From Pseudomonadota bacterium (GTDB lineage Bacteria; Desulfobacterota; Binatia; Binatales; Binataceae), in contig JAJPHZ010000019.1 of NCBI GenBank assembly GCA_021325025.1, positions 72,862 through 136,861 on the forward strand: a stretch of DNA of 64,000 nucleotides, read 5' to 3'. Each line of letters begins with the position of its first letter. The stretch's first letter is position 1. Positions 19,998-29,440 of this stretch are shown here, one piece after another. The notes below the pieces were generated by a model. The model was given only the letters and a program-made list of their open reading frames with translations, had not been told where the DNA came from and did not search any database. The translations under genes and the position numbers were made by a program.

Positions 19998-20215
19998 AGG
20001 CACGTGTCGTTATGGAAACTTGTCGTACGGAAGGTATCCGTCGCCGCTGTCGGCTGCTCGTGCCGGTGCGCGACCGTTTGGGCCGCACCCACTATGACGA
20101 ACGGCCGATGGTGTTGCACGAGATTTTCAATCTCGGCAGACACATGTACCTGGTGCGTTTTGAGGATGGCACGACAATATACCTCTTTGAGAACGAGATT
20201 AGCTTCGCGCAATAA
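19994..20215 (+). CDS. small hypothetical protein (73 aa) overlapping the preceding gene
   Basis: ATG overlaps the upstream stop in ATGA. The C-terminal YLVRFEDGTTIYLFENEI pattern resembles YccV/HspQ-like hemimethylated-DNA-binding domains, but only weakly. Confidence 0.35.
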   Translation: MKARVVMETCRTEGIRRRCRLLVPVRDRLGRTHYDERPMVLHEIFNLGRHMYLVRFEDGTTIYLFENEISFAQ

Positions 20216-20441
20216 CCCGGACTTGCGGTGAGGGAGGACTTAGGAGAAGGGCGATCGAAGCAGTCGCCAGAATACGATTGGACCACCCGAGGTTGAGCGG
20301 TTGAAGCGGGGGCCGCAGGCTGGCAGTAAGGTCCTCAGCAAGGCCGGACGCCTGCATCCCGCGGTCGGCGACGCCGCGGTCGCCGGACCCGTCAATCGAA
20401 GTGATGGCATGATGCGCTGATCAAACGCCCCACCAACCGCT

Positions 20442-21671
20442 TCATCGTTCGTTGTTTTGGATGTGCTGGCTCAAAACGCCCAGCGGCGCGCAGGACAGGG
20501 CGGCGAGGGCGCCGGCGGCTAAAATCGCGGCGAACAGGACAAAGACCGTGGAATAGCCCAGGCCATGGTCGACGATCAGGCCGCCCAGCAGCGGGCCGGC
20601 GGCGCCGCCCAGCGTGATGAAGATTCCGGTCAGGCCGCTGACTGAGCCGAAGCGCCTGAGCCCGAAGGACTCCGCGATCACCATCGGAATCAGCGCCAGC
20701 GGCGCTCCGCTCATCGCGCCGTACAGCACCACGTATCCTCCGATCAGCAGGCTGCTGCGCACGCCCAGCACCAGCAGTTGTCCGATCGCGGCCAAGGCCA
20801 GAGTTATCGCGAGCGCGACTCGGCCGGTTAGCAGGTCGGCGCTGAATCCCATCAGGAATTTGCCGACCGACGCGAGCGCGAAGGTGACACTGAAGACCTC
20901 CGCGGCGCGCTCGGGGCGAAAGCCCGAGTGAATCAGGTAGGGAACCGTGTGAACCGTGCCGCCCGCGCCTGCGAGCGAAAAACAGAATTGCGCGGCGGCG
21001 ATCATCCAGAACGAGCGCGAGCGCAGCGCGGGTCCGATGTCCATGCCGGCCAGGGGATTGGCCGACCCCGCCCAATGCTCCGCGCCGGGCGGGCGTGTCC
21101 GTACGGTCAGCGCGGCCAGCGGCGCGGCGATCAGAAACGCCGGCAGCGCCAGTGCAACATAGCCGGCGCGCCATCCGGCGGCCGCAATCGTATGCGCCGC
21201 CACCAGCGTCATCACCATTCCACCGATCGAGGTGCCCGAGGTCGTAATGCCGAGCGCCAGACCCCGGCGCTCATCGAACCAGTTGGCGATTACCAGCCCG
21301 TTGGGAAGCAGGGTCGCGGCGGCGATCGCGACGCCCAATCCGACGTAGGCCACCGTCAGAACGCCGAAGCCTGCAGCCCGGCTGGCCAGCAGCAGACAAG
21401 CGCCGCTCAGGAGGATGCCGCCGGAGATTACAAAGCGCGCCTCAATTTTGTCCAGCAGCCAGCCAAACAACGGCGCCGTCACGCCAGCGGTCAGGGCCAG
21501 GATGGTTTGCAGGGAGGACTGGCGCGTGGCGTCCCAGCCGAAGTACCTGCGCATCGGAGCGAAGAACACGCCAGCGGTGTTATAGGCGCCACCGAAGACG
21601 ACAAACAGCGTGACGAAGAGGCTGACAACGACCAGCCAGGCGCGGCGATCGCGCGGTGTCACAGCGCGCAC
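20442..21671 (-). CDS. MFS transporter (12 TM; possibly LplT/OFA-like)
   Basis: 409-aa hydrophobic protein with MFS-like repeat organisation. It overlaps the 3' end of the upstream tri-domain acyltransferase gene by 13 nt. Confidence 0.75.
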   Translation of the reverse strand: MRAVTPRDRRAWLVVVSLFVTLFVVFGGAYNTAGVFFAPMRRYFGWDATRQSSLQTILALTAGVTAPLFGWLLDKIEARFVISGGILLSGACLLLASRAAGFGVLTVAYVGLGVAIAAATLLPNGLVIANWFDERRGLALGITTSGTSIGGMVMTLVAAHTIAAAGWRAGYVALALPAFLIAAPLAALTVRTRPPGAEHWAGSANPLAGMDIGPALRSRSFWMIAAAQFCFSLAGAGGTVHTVPYLIHSGFRPERAAEVFSVTFALASVGKFLMGFSADLLTGRVALAITLALAAIGQLLVLGVRSSLLIGGYVVLYGAMSGAPLALIPMVIAESFGLRRFGSVSGLTGIFITLGGAAGPLLGGLIVDHGLGYSTVFVLFAAILAAGALAALSCAPLGVLSQHIQNNER

Positions 21672-24217
21672 ACCTGCGCCCGCACCTGGCGCGCCAATGC
21701 TTCGAAGTCATCGCCGCGCAGCGCCATCGGCGCTCCGAAGCGCACCTCGACCGGCCCGCGGCGCGGCATCCGGGCGTCGCGCGCCAGCACGCGGTCGACA
21801 CCGGCCAGGCGGATCGGCACGACCGGCACTCGTAACCGTGAAGCGATCATTCCTACTCCTGGTAGAAATGGGCCAATCGCCCCGGTCCGGGTGCGTTCGC
21901 CTTCCGGGAAGATCAGCACCGACCATCCCTCGCTGACCAGGTCGCCGATGTGGCGCACCGTCTCGCGCACGCCGGCTTCCTGCTGCGGGAGGGTGAAGGC
22001 GTTGAAGATGAGCGTGGCGCCGTAGAAATTGATGGTGTTGGTCAAGCGCGAGCGCAGGGAGTGGCGTTGCGGATGGAAGTAGGCGTCGAAAAACTCCTTC
22101 CACATCGCCGGGGCCACCGCGTAGCGCCATCGCGCCGGCAGCGCGGCCAGGATCACCGGCGTGTCGAAATGGCTCTGATGGTTGGCGGCGAAGAGGACGG
22201 GACCCGCCAGCGTGCTCAGCACGTCGGCGCCGCGCACGCTGATGCGCGCGAAAAGGCGCGTGATCGGCAGGATCAACCCCGCCAGCACGACACGGCGGAC
22301 CACGCGCGCCGCAAGACCGCGATTCCAGTCGGGCAGCGCCAGAGCCTCCTGCACCGGCGCGAGATGCGATGCCTCGCGCATCAGCTCGCCGATACGCGTC
22401 GCGCCGCTGAATTGCGTCTCATCGAGCGTGACGTTGAACCGCTCCTCCATCTCCACCATCAGTTCGACCTTTTCCAGCGAACTCAGGCCCAGTTCGTCAA
22501 GCGTGGTCTCGGCGGTCACGCGCCGCTCAGGCGCATAGCGGCGCACCAGTTCGGTCAGTTCATCGCGCGGCTCTTGCGCTGCGGCCGGAGCGCCCGCGTC
22601 AACCCATTTCTGAATCGCGGGGCGTTTGAGTTTTCCGGTTCCTTCCGTGCGCGGCAGTTCGCCGGCCGTCCAGAGCGAAACGCTGCGGATCTTCTGATGA
22701 TCCTCGAGCGACTGGTTGGCGCGGCGCACAATTTCGTCGGGGTCCGCGCCCGGCTCCAGCACCAGCACGGCGTGGACGCGCTCGCGTCCGACCACGGCCG
22801 AGTCGCGCACGCCGGGGATTTGGTTCAGGACCAGTTCGACGTCCTCGGGAAACACCTTGAGGCCTTCGGGCGTGACGATCATTTCCTTCTTGCGTCCGCG
22901 CACCACCAGGTAGCCGTCGGAGTCGAGCGCGCCGATGTCGCCGGTGCAAAACCATCCGTCCTCAAACGCCCGTGAAGCCTCGGGCGGGGCGCTGTAGTAA
23001 CCGGGGGTTACTATTTCGCCGCGCACGAGGATTTCGCCGTCGGGTGCGATTTTGATTGCCACACCCGAAAGCGGCCTGCCCGTCGTCCCGGGCTTGAGAT
23101 GAAACGGATGGTTGAAACTGACGATCGGAGCGGTCTCGGTAAGCCCGTATCCCTGCACGACCAGAAAGCCGAGCCCGCGCCAGAATTCCTCCAGCTCCTT
23201 CTCCAACGGCGCGCCGCCCACCACGAAGCCGAAGAAGCGGTGCCCGAACAGACGATGCGCCCTGCGATAACGCCATCGCCGGATAAGCCAATGCGAATCA
23301 TCGGGCTTGACGCCGCCCAGTTCGGGGAACTGCCTGATGACGTATCGGCGCAGCGTGTCGAGCATCCTCGGCACCGCCACGAGAAATGCGGCGCGCCGCC
23401 CGCGAATCTGCCGGATCACCTCGGGCGCGGCGTAGCTGCGCATGAAGATGACACCGGCGGGGAGCATCGGCGGAAAGAACGTGGCCAGCGCCTGGCCGAA
23501 CATGTGGCTTAACGGCAGCAAAACCAGGAGCCGGAGCGGAGACAGCAGACGGACAAAGCGGCGATACTTTGCTACTTCCTGTTCGATCGGCGCCAGGTCG
23601 GCGACGATGTTGCGATGCGTGATCACCACGCCCTTGGGCGCCGCCGTCGAGCCGGAGGTGAAGACGATTTCGGCGACATCGTCGGGCGCGATGGGGACGG
23701 CAGGGTGCGGCGGCGCTGGCTGTGCAGTCAAATCGATATCGCGCAGCGGCCAGATGGGAATCGCCTCGCCGAGAGCGCCCGCCTTGACCTCGTCTCCCAC
23801 CACAATCGCGCGCGCCTGCACGACCTGCTGAAAGCCGAGCACGACGTTGGCCGAAGCGCGGTAGTCCACCGGCACCACGACCACCTTTTGCAGCAGGCAG
23901 CCCCAGAACGCGGCGAGCCACTCGGGCCGGTTCTCCGACCAGAACAGGATCTTCTCGCCGGGCGCGATCGACTGCTTGTGCAGCCGTGCGCCAAACGCTT
24001 TCGCCGCGTCGCCGATTTGCCGATAGCTGTAGCTCCAGCGCCGGTAGCCGTCGTCATGGATAACGAACTCCTCGGGCCGCCCCGCAAAGCCGTAAAAGAA
24101 GTCCACCAATGTCCGGTCCGTTGGAGGCATCTGCTCCTTGCTGAACGGTGCCGCTGCGGTTGACGTCAGCCGGTGCATCAACCACAGCTGCGGCTGGTAG
24201 ATCAGTGTCAACCACAA
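21659..24217 (-). CDS. tri-domain acyl-ACP synthetase / acyl-carrier / 1-acylglycerol-phosphate acyltransferase fusion (Aas-like)
   Basis: AMP-binding motifs (FTSGSTAAPKGV, GYGLTETAP), an internal carrier domain (LDELGLSSLEKVELMVEME) and a C-terminal PlsC domain (NHQSHFD HX4D box, FPEGERT). Confidence 0.8.
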   Translation of the reverse strand: MWLTLIYQPQLWLMHRLTSTAAAPFSKEQMPPTDRTLVDFFYGFAGRPEEFVIHDDGYRRWSYSYRQIGDAAKAFGARLHKQSIAPGEKILFWSENRPEWLAAFWGCLLQKVVVVPVDYRASANVVLGFQQVVQARAIVVGDEVKAGALGEAIPIWPLRDIDLTAQPAPPHPAVPIAPDDVAEIVFTSGSTAAPKGVVITHRNIVADLAPIEQEVAKYRRFVRLLSPLRLLVLLPLSHMFGQALATFFPPMLPAGVIFMRSYAAPEVIRQIRGRRAAFLVAVPRMLDTLRRYVIRQFPELGGVKPDDSHWLIRRWRYRRAHRLFGHRFFGFVVGGAPLEKELEEFWRGLGFLVVQGYGLTETAPIVSFNHPFHLKPGTTGRPLSGVAIKIAPDGEILVRGEIVTPGYYSAPPEASRAFEDGWFCTGDIGALDSDGYLVVRGRKKEMIVTPEGLKVFPEDVELVLNQIPGVRDSAVVGRERVHAVLVLEPGADPDEIVRRANQSLEDHQKIRSVSLWTAGELPRTEGTGKLKRPAIQKWVDAGAPAAAQEPRDELTELVRRYAPERRVTAETTLDELGLSSLEKVELMVEMEERFNVTLDETQFSGATRIGELMREASHLAPVQEALALPDWNRGLAARVVRRVVLAGLILPITRLFARISVRGADVLSTLAGPVLFAANHQSHFDTPVILAALPARWRYAVAPAMWKEFFDAYFHPQRHSLRSRLTNTINFYGATLIFNAFTLPQQEAGVRETVRHIGDLVSEGWSVLIFPEGERTRTGAIGPFLPGVGMIASRLRVPVVPIRLAGVDRVLARDARMPRRGPVEVRFGAPMALRGDDFEALARQVRAQVCAL

Positions 24218-24233
24218 GCTGAAAGCGCAAGTC

Positions 24234-25358
24234 TCACGACAGGCCCTTCTTGAGGCGCTTTTTGCGTACGACTTCGTAGGCGGCGGCGATCTCCGCCATC
24301 ATGCGCTCGCGATGTTCGTACAGGCGGCGCGGCGTGCGCGGTTTGCGGCGCGCCATCGCGTAGGCCGTGATCAGCGGCAGCGCGACGGTTGAATCGACGT
24401 AGCAAACCACTGTATCGGGGAGCCGGTTGGGGTCGATTTTGCCCCAGCTCACCGCCTCCGACGGTGTTGCGCCCGACAATCCTCCCGTGTCGGGCCGGGC
24501 GTCGGTGATTTGCAGGAAGTAGTCGTGGCCGCTTTCCTCCACGCCCATCACTTCCTGGATTTGCGGCTCGGTCTGGAGCACGAAGTTTTTAGGCGACCCA
24601 CCGCCCAGGATGAACACCGCGCTCTTCAGCCCCTTGCTTTTGGCGGCGTACACGATGGCGGCGGTTTCGTTGACGTCGGTCAGCGGGTCGATACGCAACC
24701 CGTGTCCCTCCAGCTCCAGCAGCGCCAGGTTCATCCCGATCGACGAGTCGCCGGGCGACGACGTGTAGATCGGCATCGCATGTTCGTACGCCGCTGCCAG
24801 CAGGGAGCGGCGCGGAAGCCTCAGCACGCGTTCGCGTTCGGCGACATAACGGCCGGCGCGGTAGTGGAACTCGGCGCTGCCCATCGAATGCTGGAATTCC
24901 TCCTGGCGCGCGATCTCGCGGAAGAACGAATCGGTGGAAAGCAGCACCTTGTAATCGAAGAAGATATCGTAGATGCGCACCACGCCGGCCTCGCGCAGCG
25001 CCACGTCGTCGGCTTCGGCATGCCCCTGGAACATCTTGAGCCCCAGGCCGAAGTGCGTGTCGTGGTAGAGGTTGGCGCCGGTGGACACCATCCAATCGAC
25101 GAACCCGTGCTCGATCAGCGGAATCAGGCACGACATGCCCAGGCCGGCGGGCGTGAGCGCGCCGGTGAGGCTCATGCCCACCACGGTATCGTCCTCCAGC
25201 ATCTTCTCGGCAAACAGGCGGCACGCCTCCTTGAGGCGGCGCCCGTTGTAAGCCAAAAAGGCGTTGTCGATAAGCTCGGCGGCGGTCATGTCGCCGCGCA
25301 CGGGTTGGGGATTAATCGGAGCCCTGCCGCGCAGTCCCGGAATGGTTTTTTTCGCCAT
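24234..25358 (-). CDS. deoxyhypusine synthase-like family protein (DHS/homospermidine-synthase fold)
   Basis: Sequence such as [46 protein letters not shown] matches the DHS-like NAD-binding family. Start set at MAKKTIPG (25358). Confidence 0.65.
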   Translation of the reverse strand: MAKKTIPGLRGRAPINPQPVRGDMTAAELIDNAFLAYNGRRLKEACRLFAEKMLEDDTVVGMSLTGALTPAGLGMSCLIPLIEHGFVDWMVSTGANLYHDTHFGLGLKMFQGHAEADDVALREAGVVRIYDIFFDYKVLLSTDSFFREIARQEEFQHSMGSAEFHYRAGRYVAERERVLRLPRRSLLAAAYEHAMPIYTSSPGDSSIGMNLALLELEGHGLRIDPLTDVNETAAIVYAAKSKGLKSAVFILGGGSPKNFVLQTEPQIQEVMGVEESGHDYFLQITDARPDTGGLSGATPSEAVSWGKIDPNRLPDTVVCYVDSTVALPLITAYAMARRKPRTPRRLYEHRERMMAEIAAAYEVVRKKRLKKGLS

Positions 25359-25538
25359 CAGTGGTGCTCGCTCTTTCAGTCGGTGGTGGCTGTCACGCAA
25401 ACAGAATCCAGACGCCGATTCAAGGCGCTCGGCCCCGCTCTGGGGCGTTACTGTGTAATGTTAGTAGGATTTGCGCATCGTACCCGGATGGTCCTAAGAT
25501 TACACGGGGATGAATTTTCCGCAGGGGACCTATAGGCC

Positions 25539-26363
25539 ATGGCCGTAGTGGCAATCGCCCAGCAAATTGGCTCGCGCGGCTTGGAGTTAGGCGGTCTGGT
25601 CGCCGCCCGGCTGCATTACCCATTGCTGGGACCGGACGAAATCGCCGCCGAGGCTTCGCGCGACTACAACATCACGCCCGAAGTCTTCAGCCTCTTCGAT
25701 GAGCGCCAGCCCGGATGGTGGGAGCGCCTGACCACCGACAATGTGCGCCTGGCGGCCTATTTCCGTGCCGTCATCCTCAAGCACATGAGCGAGTGCAACG
25801 TGGTGGTGGTGGGACGCTCGATTCCCTTCGTGATGCCGCCCGAAAGCCGCCACGGACTGCGCATCCGGGCGATCGCTCCCTTCAACAGCCGCGTCCGCGA
25901 GGTGATGCGCGAGGAGCGGCTCGATGCTGCCGCCGCCGAACGCCGCGTTCGCCATTACGACCAGGAGGTGCGTGCCAGGATCCAGCGCTCCCTGGGCGTC
26001 GACCTCGAAGACGCCAGCCGCTACGACCTGATTATCAACACCGCCTCGCGTCCGATGTCGTGGTTCGCCTCGACCATCGTGGATTTGGCCAGCGCGATCG
26101 ACCGCGAGAGCGACCGCCGCTCGATGCAAATCCTCAAGGACGCCGCGCTGGCCGCGTTGGTACGCGCCGCCCTGCTGGCTCATCCTAAGATGGGTCATGC
26201 TCCGATCGATGTCGAAGCCAACAGCGGCGTGGTGATGCTCAAGAGCTCGGCGCTGGTGCCGCCCTGGGATGAGCTGGCGGGCTCGATCGTGCGGCGGGTG
26301 CCGGGCGTGATACGCGTTGAACTGCAGGTCGACGAGCCGCCGATGCCGCTGCGCGCGGAGTAA
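25539..26363 (+). CDS. cytidylate-kinase-like family protein with a C-terminal BON-like domain
   Basis: N-terminal MAVVAIAQQIGSRGLELG P-loop-like segment, and a C-terminal ..IDVEANSGVVMLKSSALVPPWDELAGSIVRRVPGVIRVELQV.. BON-like segment. Confidence 0.55.
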   Translation: MAVVAIAQQIGSRGLELGGLVAARLHYPLLGPDEIAAEASRDYNITPEVFSLFDERQPGWWERLTTDNVRLAAYFRAVILKHMSECNVVVVGRSIPFVMPPESRHGLRIRAIAPFNSRVREVMREERLDAAAAERRVRHYDQEVRARIQRSLGVDLEDASRYDLIINTASRPMSWFASTIVDLASAIDRESDRRSMQILKDAALAALVRAALLAHPKMGHAPIDVEANSGVVMLKSSALVPPWDELAGSIVRRVPGVIRVELQVDEPPMPLRAE

Positions 26364-26441
26364 GGCCGCGGGTCGCACGCCGCGCTGGCATCGCGGTTTG
26401 ACCTGCGTCGCAGCCGCCTTTTATATTCGCTCCGCTTTGCC

Positions 26442-26906
26442 ATGACCCGCGCGCTCATCATCTTTGTGGCCAGCGGAGCCTGCACCGGCTTTGCGCCGTT
26501 TGCTCCGGGTACGGCTGGCTCGTTGCTGGGAGTGTTGCTGGCGTGGGCGACGCTGTCGTGGGCCGCCGTGCACTGGCTGCCGGCGCTGGCGTCATTCGCC
26601 GCGGCGTTCGTCGGCGGATGCTGGATCGCGCAGCGCGCGCAGGCCATTTTTGGCGAACCCGACAGCCCGCATATAGTAGTGGACGAAGTGATGGGCATGA
26701 TCGCCACGATGTTCTTCAACCCTCTGGACGCCTTACATCTGTGGCTCGGCTTCGTGTTGTTCCGGCTGTTCGACATCGTGAAATTGCCGCCCGCCGGCGC
26801 TATCGACCGCAACCTGCGCGGTGGGTTGGGCGTGATGCTGGACGATTTGGCCGCCGCGGTCTATGCCAATATCGCGCTGCGTGTACTTGCGCATCTGATT
26901 GTTTGA
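26442..26906 (+). CDS. pgpA: phosphatidylglycerophosphatase A
   Basis: LIIFVASGACTGFAPFAPGTAGSLLGV...HIVVDEVMGM..LFRLFDIVKLPPAGAIDR matches PgpA throughout. Confidence 0.85.
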   Translation: MTRALIIFVASGACTGFAPFAPGTAGSLLGVLLAWATLSWAAVHWLPALASFAAAFVGGCWIAQRAQAIFGEPDSPHIVVDEVMGMIATMFFNPLDALHLWLGFVLFRLFDIVKLPPAGAIDRNLRGGLGVMLDDLAAAVYANIALRVLAHLIV

Positions 26907-26918
26907 CGGGAGACGCCA

Positions 26919-28198
26919 TGATTCAACGAGCATTCATCCTTTCCACCGGCGACGAACTGACCACCGGCAAGGTGGTCGACACCAACGCCAACTACCTGGC
27001 CGACAAGCTCAACGAGATCGGCCTGGACCTGGTCGGCGTCATCACCGTGGGCGACATCAGCGAGCGCCTGGAATGGGCCTGGAAGACCGCGATGGAGCTG
27101 GCCGACGTGGTCATCTCCACTGGCGGCATCGGACCCACCGCCGACGACCTGACCACTGAGACCGTCGCGCGGCTGACCGGAAAGAAGTTGTGGTTCGACG
27201 ATGCAACCGCCGACAAGATGCGCCGGCTGTTCGCATCGGGCGGCCGCAAGATGCCCGAGAACAACCTCAAGCAGGCGCTGTTTCCCGAAACCGCCGTCAT
27301 CATTCCCAACGCGCTGGGCACCGCGCCAGGCTTCCGGATGGAGGTGCCACAAAAAAATCACATCGCGCACCTGGTGGTCCTGCCCGGCGTGCCCCGTGAG
27401 ATGAAACCGATGATGGAGCAGATCGTGATCCCCTGGCTGGTGGACAGCCGCGGTCACGACAAAATCCACGTCAGCCAGACCTTCCAGACCTACGGCATCA
27501 GCGAATCAGGACTGGACGAAGCGGTCGCGGGGCTGATCAAGCCCGAAGAGGCGCGCGTGTCATTCCGCGCCAGCTTTCCGCAAATCTCGCTGCGCATCTC
27601 CGTCGAGGGCAGTCCCGACGAGGCGCAGGCCCGGTTGGACGAACTGAGCCAGCGGGTGCGCGAACGGATATCCGAATTCGTGTACGGCGAGGGGGACGTG
27701 ACAATGGAGGAGGTGGTGGGACGTCTGCTGACGGAACGCCATCTGACGCTGGCGATTGCCGAGTCGTGCACCGGCGGCCTGATCGGCCATCGCATCACCA
27801 ACGTTGCGGGCGCGTCCAACTATCTGCTCGCCGATCTGGTCGCCTATTCCAACCAATCGAAGATCAAACTGTTGGCCGTCAGCGAGGAGACGCTCAAAAA
27901 TCATGGCGCGGTCAGCGAGCAATGCGTGCTGGAGATGGCGGCCGGGGCACGCAAAGTCTGCGGCGCCGATATCGGGCTTGCGACCTCGGGCATCGCGGGG
28001 CCCGGCGGCGGCACGCCGGAGAAGCCGGTGGGTACGGTGTGCATCGCGCTGGCCGCCGACGGCTTCGCCACCGCCCGCACTTACAAGATGTGGGGAACGC
28101 GCGACTGGATCAAAACGCTCGCCTCGCAGGTGGCATTGGACTGGATTCGCCGCTATCTGCTGGGTCTGCCGATGGGCGCGGGGCTGTTCCGCCGCTAA
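26919..28198 (+). CDS. cinA: CinA-family protein (competence/damage-inducible; NMN amidohydrolase PncC-like C-terminal domain)
   Basis: MIQRAFILSTGDELTTGKVVDTNANYLA... is the MoaB/MogA-like CinA N-terminus. The C-terminus carries CinA_C (ESCTGGLIGHRIT). GGGAG SD before the ATG at 26919. Confidence 0.85.
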
Positions 28199-28346
28199 GC
28201 GCCGCCAACAGGCCAAAAATCGCGCGCCGCGGGTCGCTTGACAATGTGGAAGCAGCGGCGCTAGCAGGAGGTTATCGTCTGACAGGTTCGGGAGCGGGTT
28301 TGCTGGTGCGATAGAACGTCAGTGAAGGCGGGCATGCGCCCGGGCG

Positions 28347-29159
28347 GTGGCTTGCGTGACCGAGTATTGGCGGTTTTCGCTTTCTCGTCAGAGCCTGCTT
28401 AAGGAACGCCTGATCGTGGAACTGGACCACGGTCCGCGCCGCGAAGCGCTGGCGATGGTCGAGTGCCTGGCGCGCTACGTCGGTATGTTCAAGGTCGGCA
28501 AGCATTCCTTCCTGCAGTCCGGCCCGGAGTTGATCCGAGACATCCGCAAGCGCGGCGGTGAGGTCTTCCTCGACCTCAAGTTTCACACCCCGCGCTTTGC
28601 GGCGCGGGCCGCGGTCGAAGCGACCCGCCTGGGCGTCAAGATGTTCGATCTGCATGCCGGCCATTGCGTCGAGATGATGGAGCGAACACGGCAGGAAGTT
28701 AACCGCGTCTGCCATCACGACGGGCTGCGCCGCCCCTATATCGTCGCGATTGCGATGCTGGCCGGCATGAACGGTTATTCCGACCAATGTTCCGCCCATT
28801 GCGGCTCGCCGCCCGATCAGATCGCATCGCTGGCGCGCCTGGCCGCCGACGCCTCGATGGACGGTGTGGTAACCTCGCCCTGCCAGGTCAGCCGGGTGCG
28901 CGCGGCGTGCGGCCGGCGGGTCATGATTCTGACTTCCGCCACCGCATCCGACGACGGATGGTGCGACCATCCCGAACGCGTCGGTCCGGCAGCCGCGGTC
29001 CGTTCGGGCGCCGACTATCTGATGCTGGGCAAACCGGTGTGGAACGCTTCCGACCCGCTGCGGATGGTGCGCGAGGTACTGCGCGAGATGGATCGCGGCG
29101 TCCGTTCCGCCCAGCGCAGCTCGCTGGCGCTGTTCTCCGAACGCCCGGCGCTGAACTAA
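28347..29159 (+). CDS. orotidine-5'-phosphate decarboxylase-like protein with altered active-site motifs
   Basis: Colinear with E. coli PyrF (LIVELD..FKVGKHSF..VFLDLKFH.., MLGKPV). The canonical DLKFHDIPNT reads DLKFHTPRFA, and TPGIR / GDQRR read TSATA / DHPER. Confidence 0.6.
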   Translation: MACVTEYWRFSLSRQSLLKERLIVELDHGPRREALAMVECLARYVGMFKVGKHSFLQSGPELIRDIRKRGGEVFLDLKFHTPRFAARAAVEATRLGVKMFDLHAGHCVEMMERTRQEVNRVCHHDGLRRPYIVAIAMLAGMNGYSDQCSAHCGSPPDQIASLARLAADASMDGVVTSPCQVSRVRAACGRRVMILTSATASDDGWCDHPERVGPAAAVRSGADYLMLGKPVWNASDPLRMVREVLREMDRGVRSAQRSSLALFSERPALN

Positions 29160-29440
29160 CCGGAAAACGCAGTTCAACTACGTCCGCTGCGCCATGCGGC
29201 GCAGCCGCCGGAGGGGCCCTGGTGTAGTCCGGCTGATGACAGGTTCGGGATACATTCCGCCCCACTGTCGTCGTAGACCCAAGCCATGTCCAGCAGAGGC
29301 CCGTCTGCTCTCGAGCCGGTTTTAGCGCCCAGTCTGGGAAGACTTCGGCGCGCCGAAACGGCGAATGCCCGGGGTTGCACTCGCGGATAATCGGCGCCCG
29401 GGTATATGCCGCAGCTTGTGAGTCTTCAGGTAGGCTAAGC

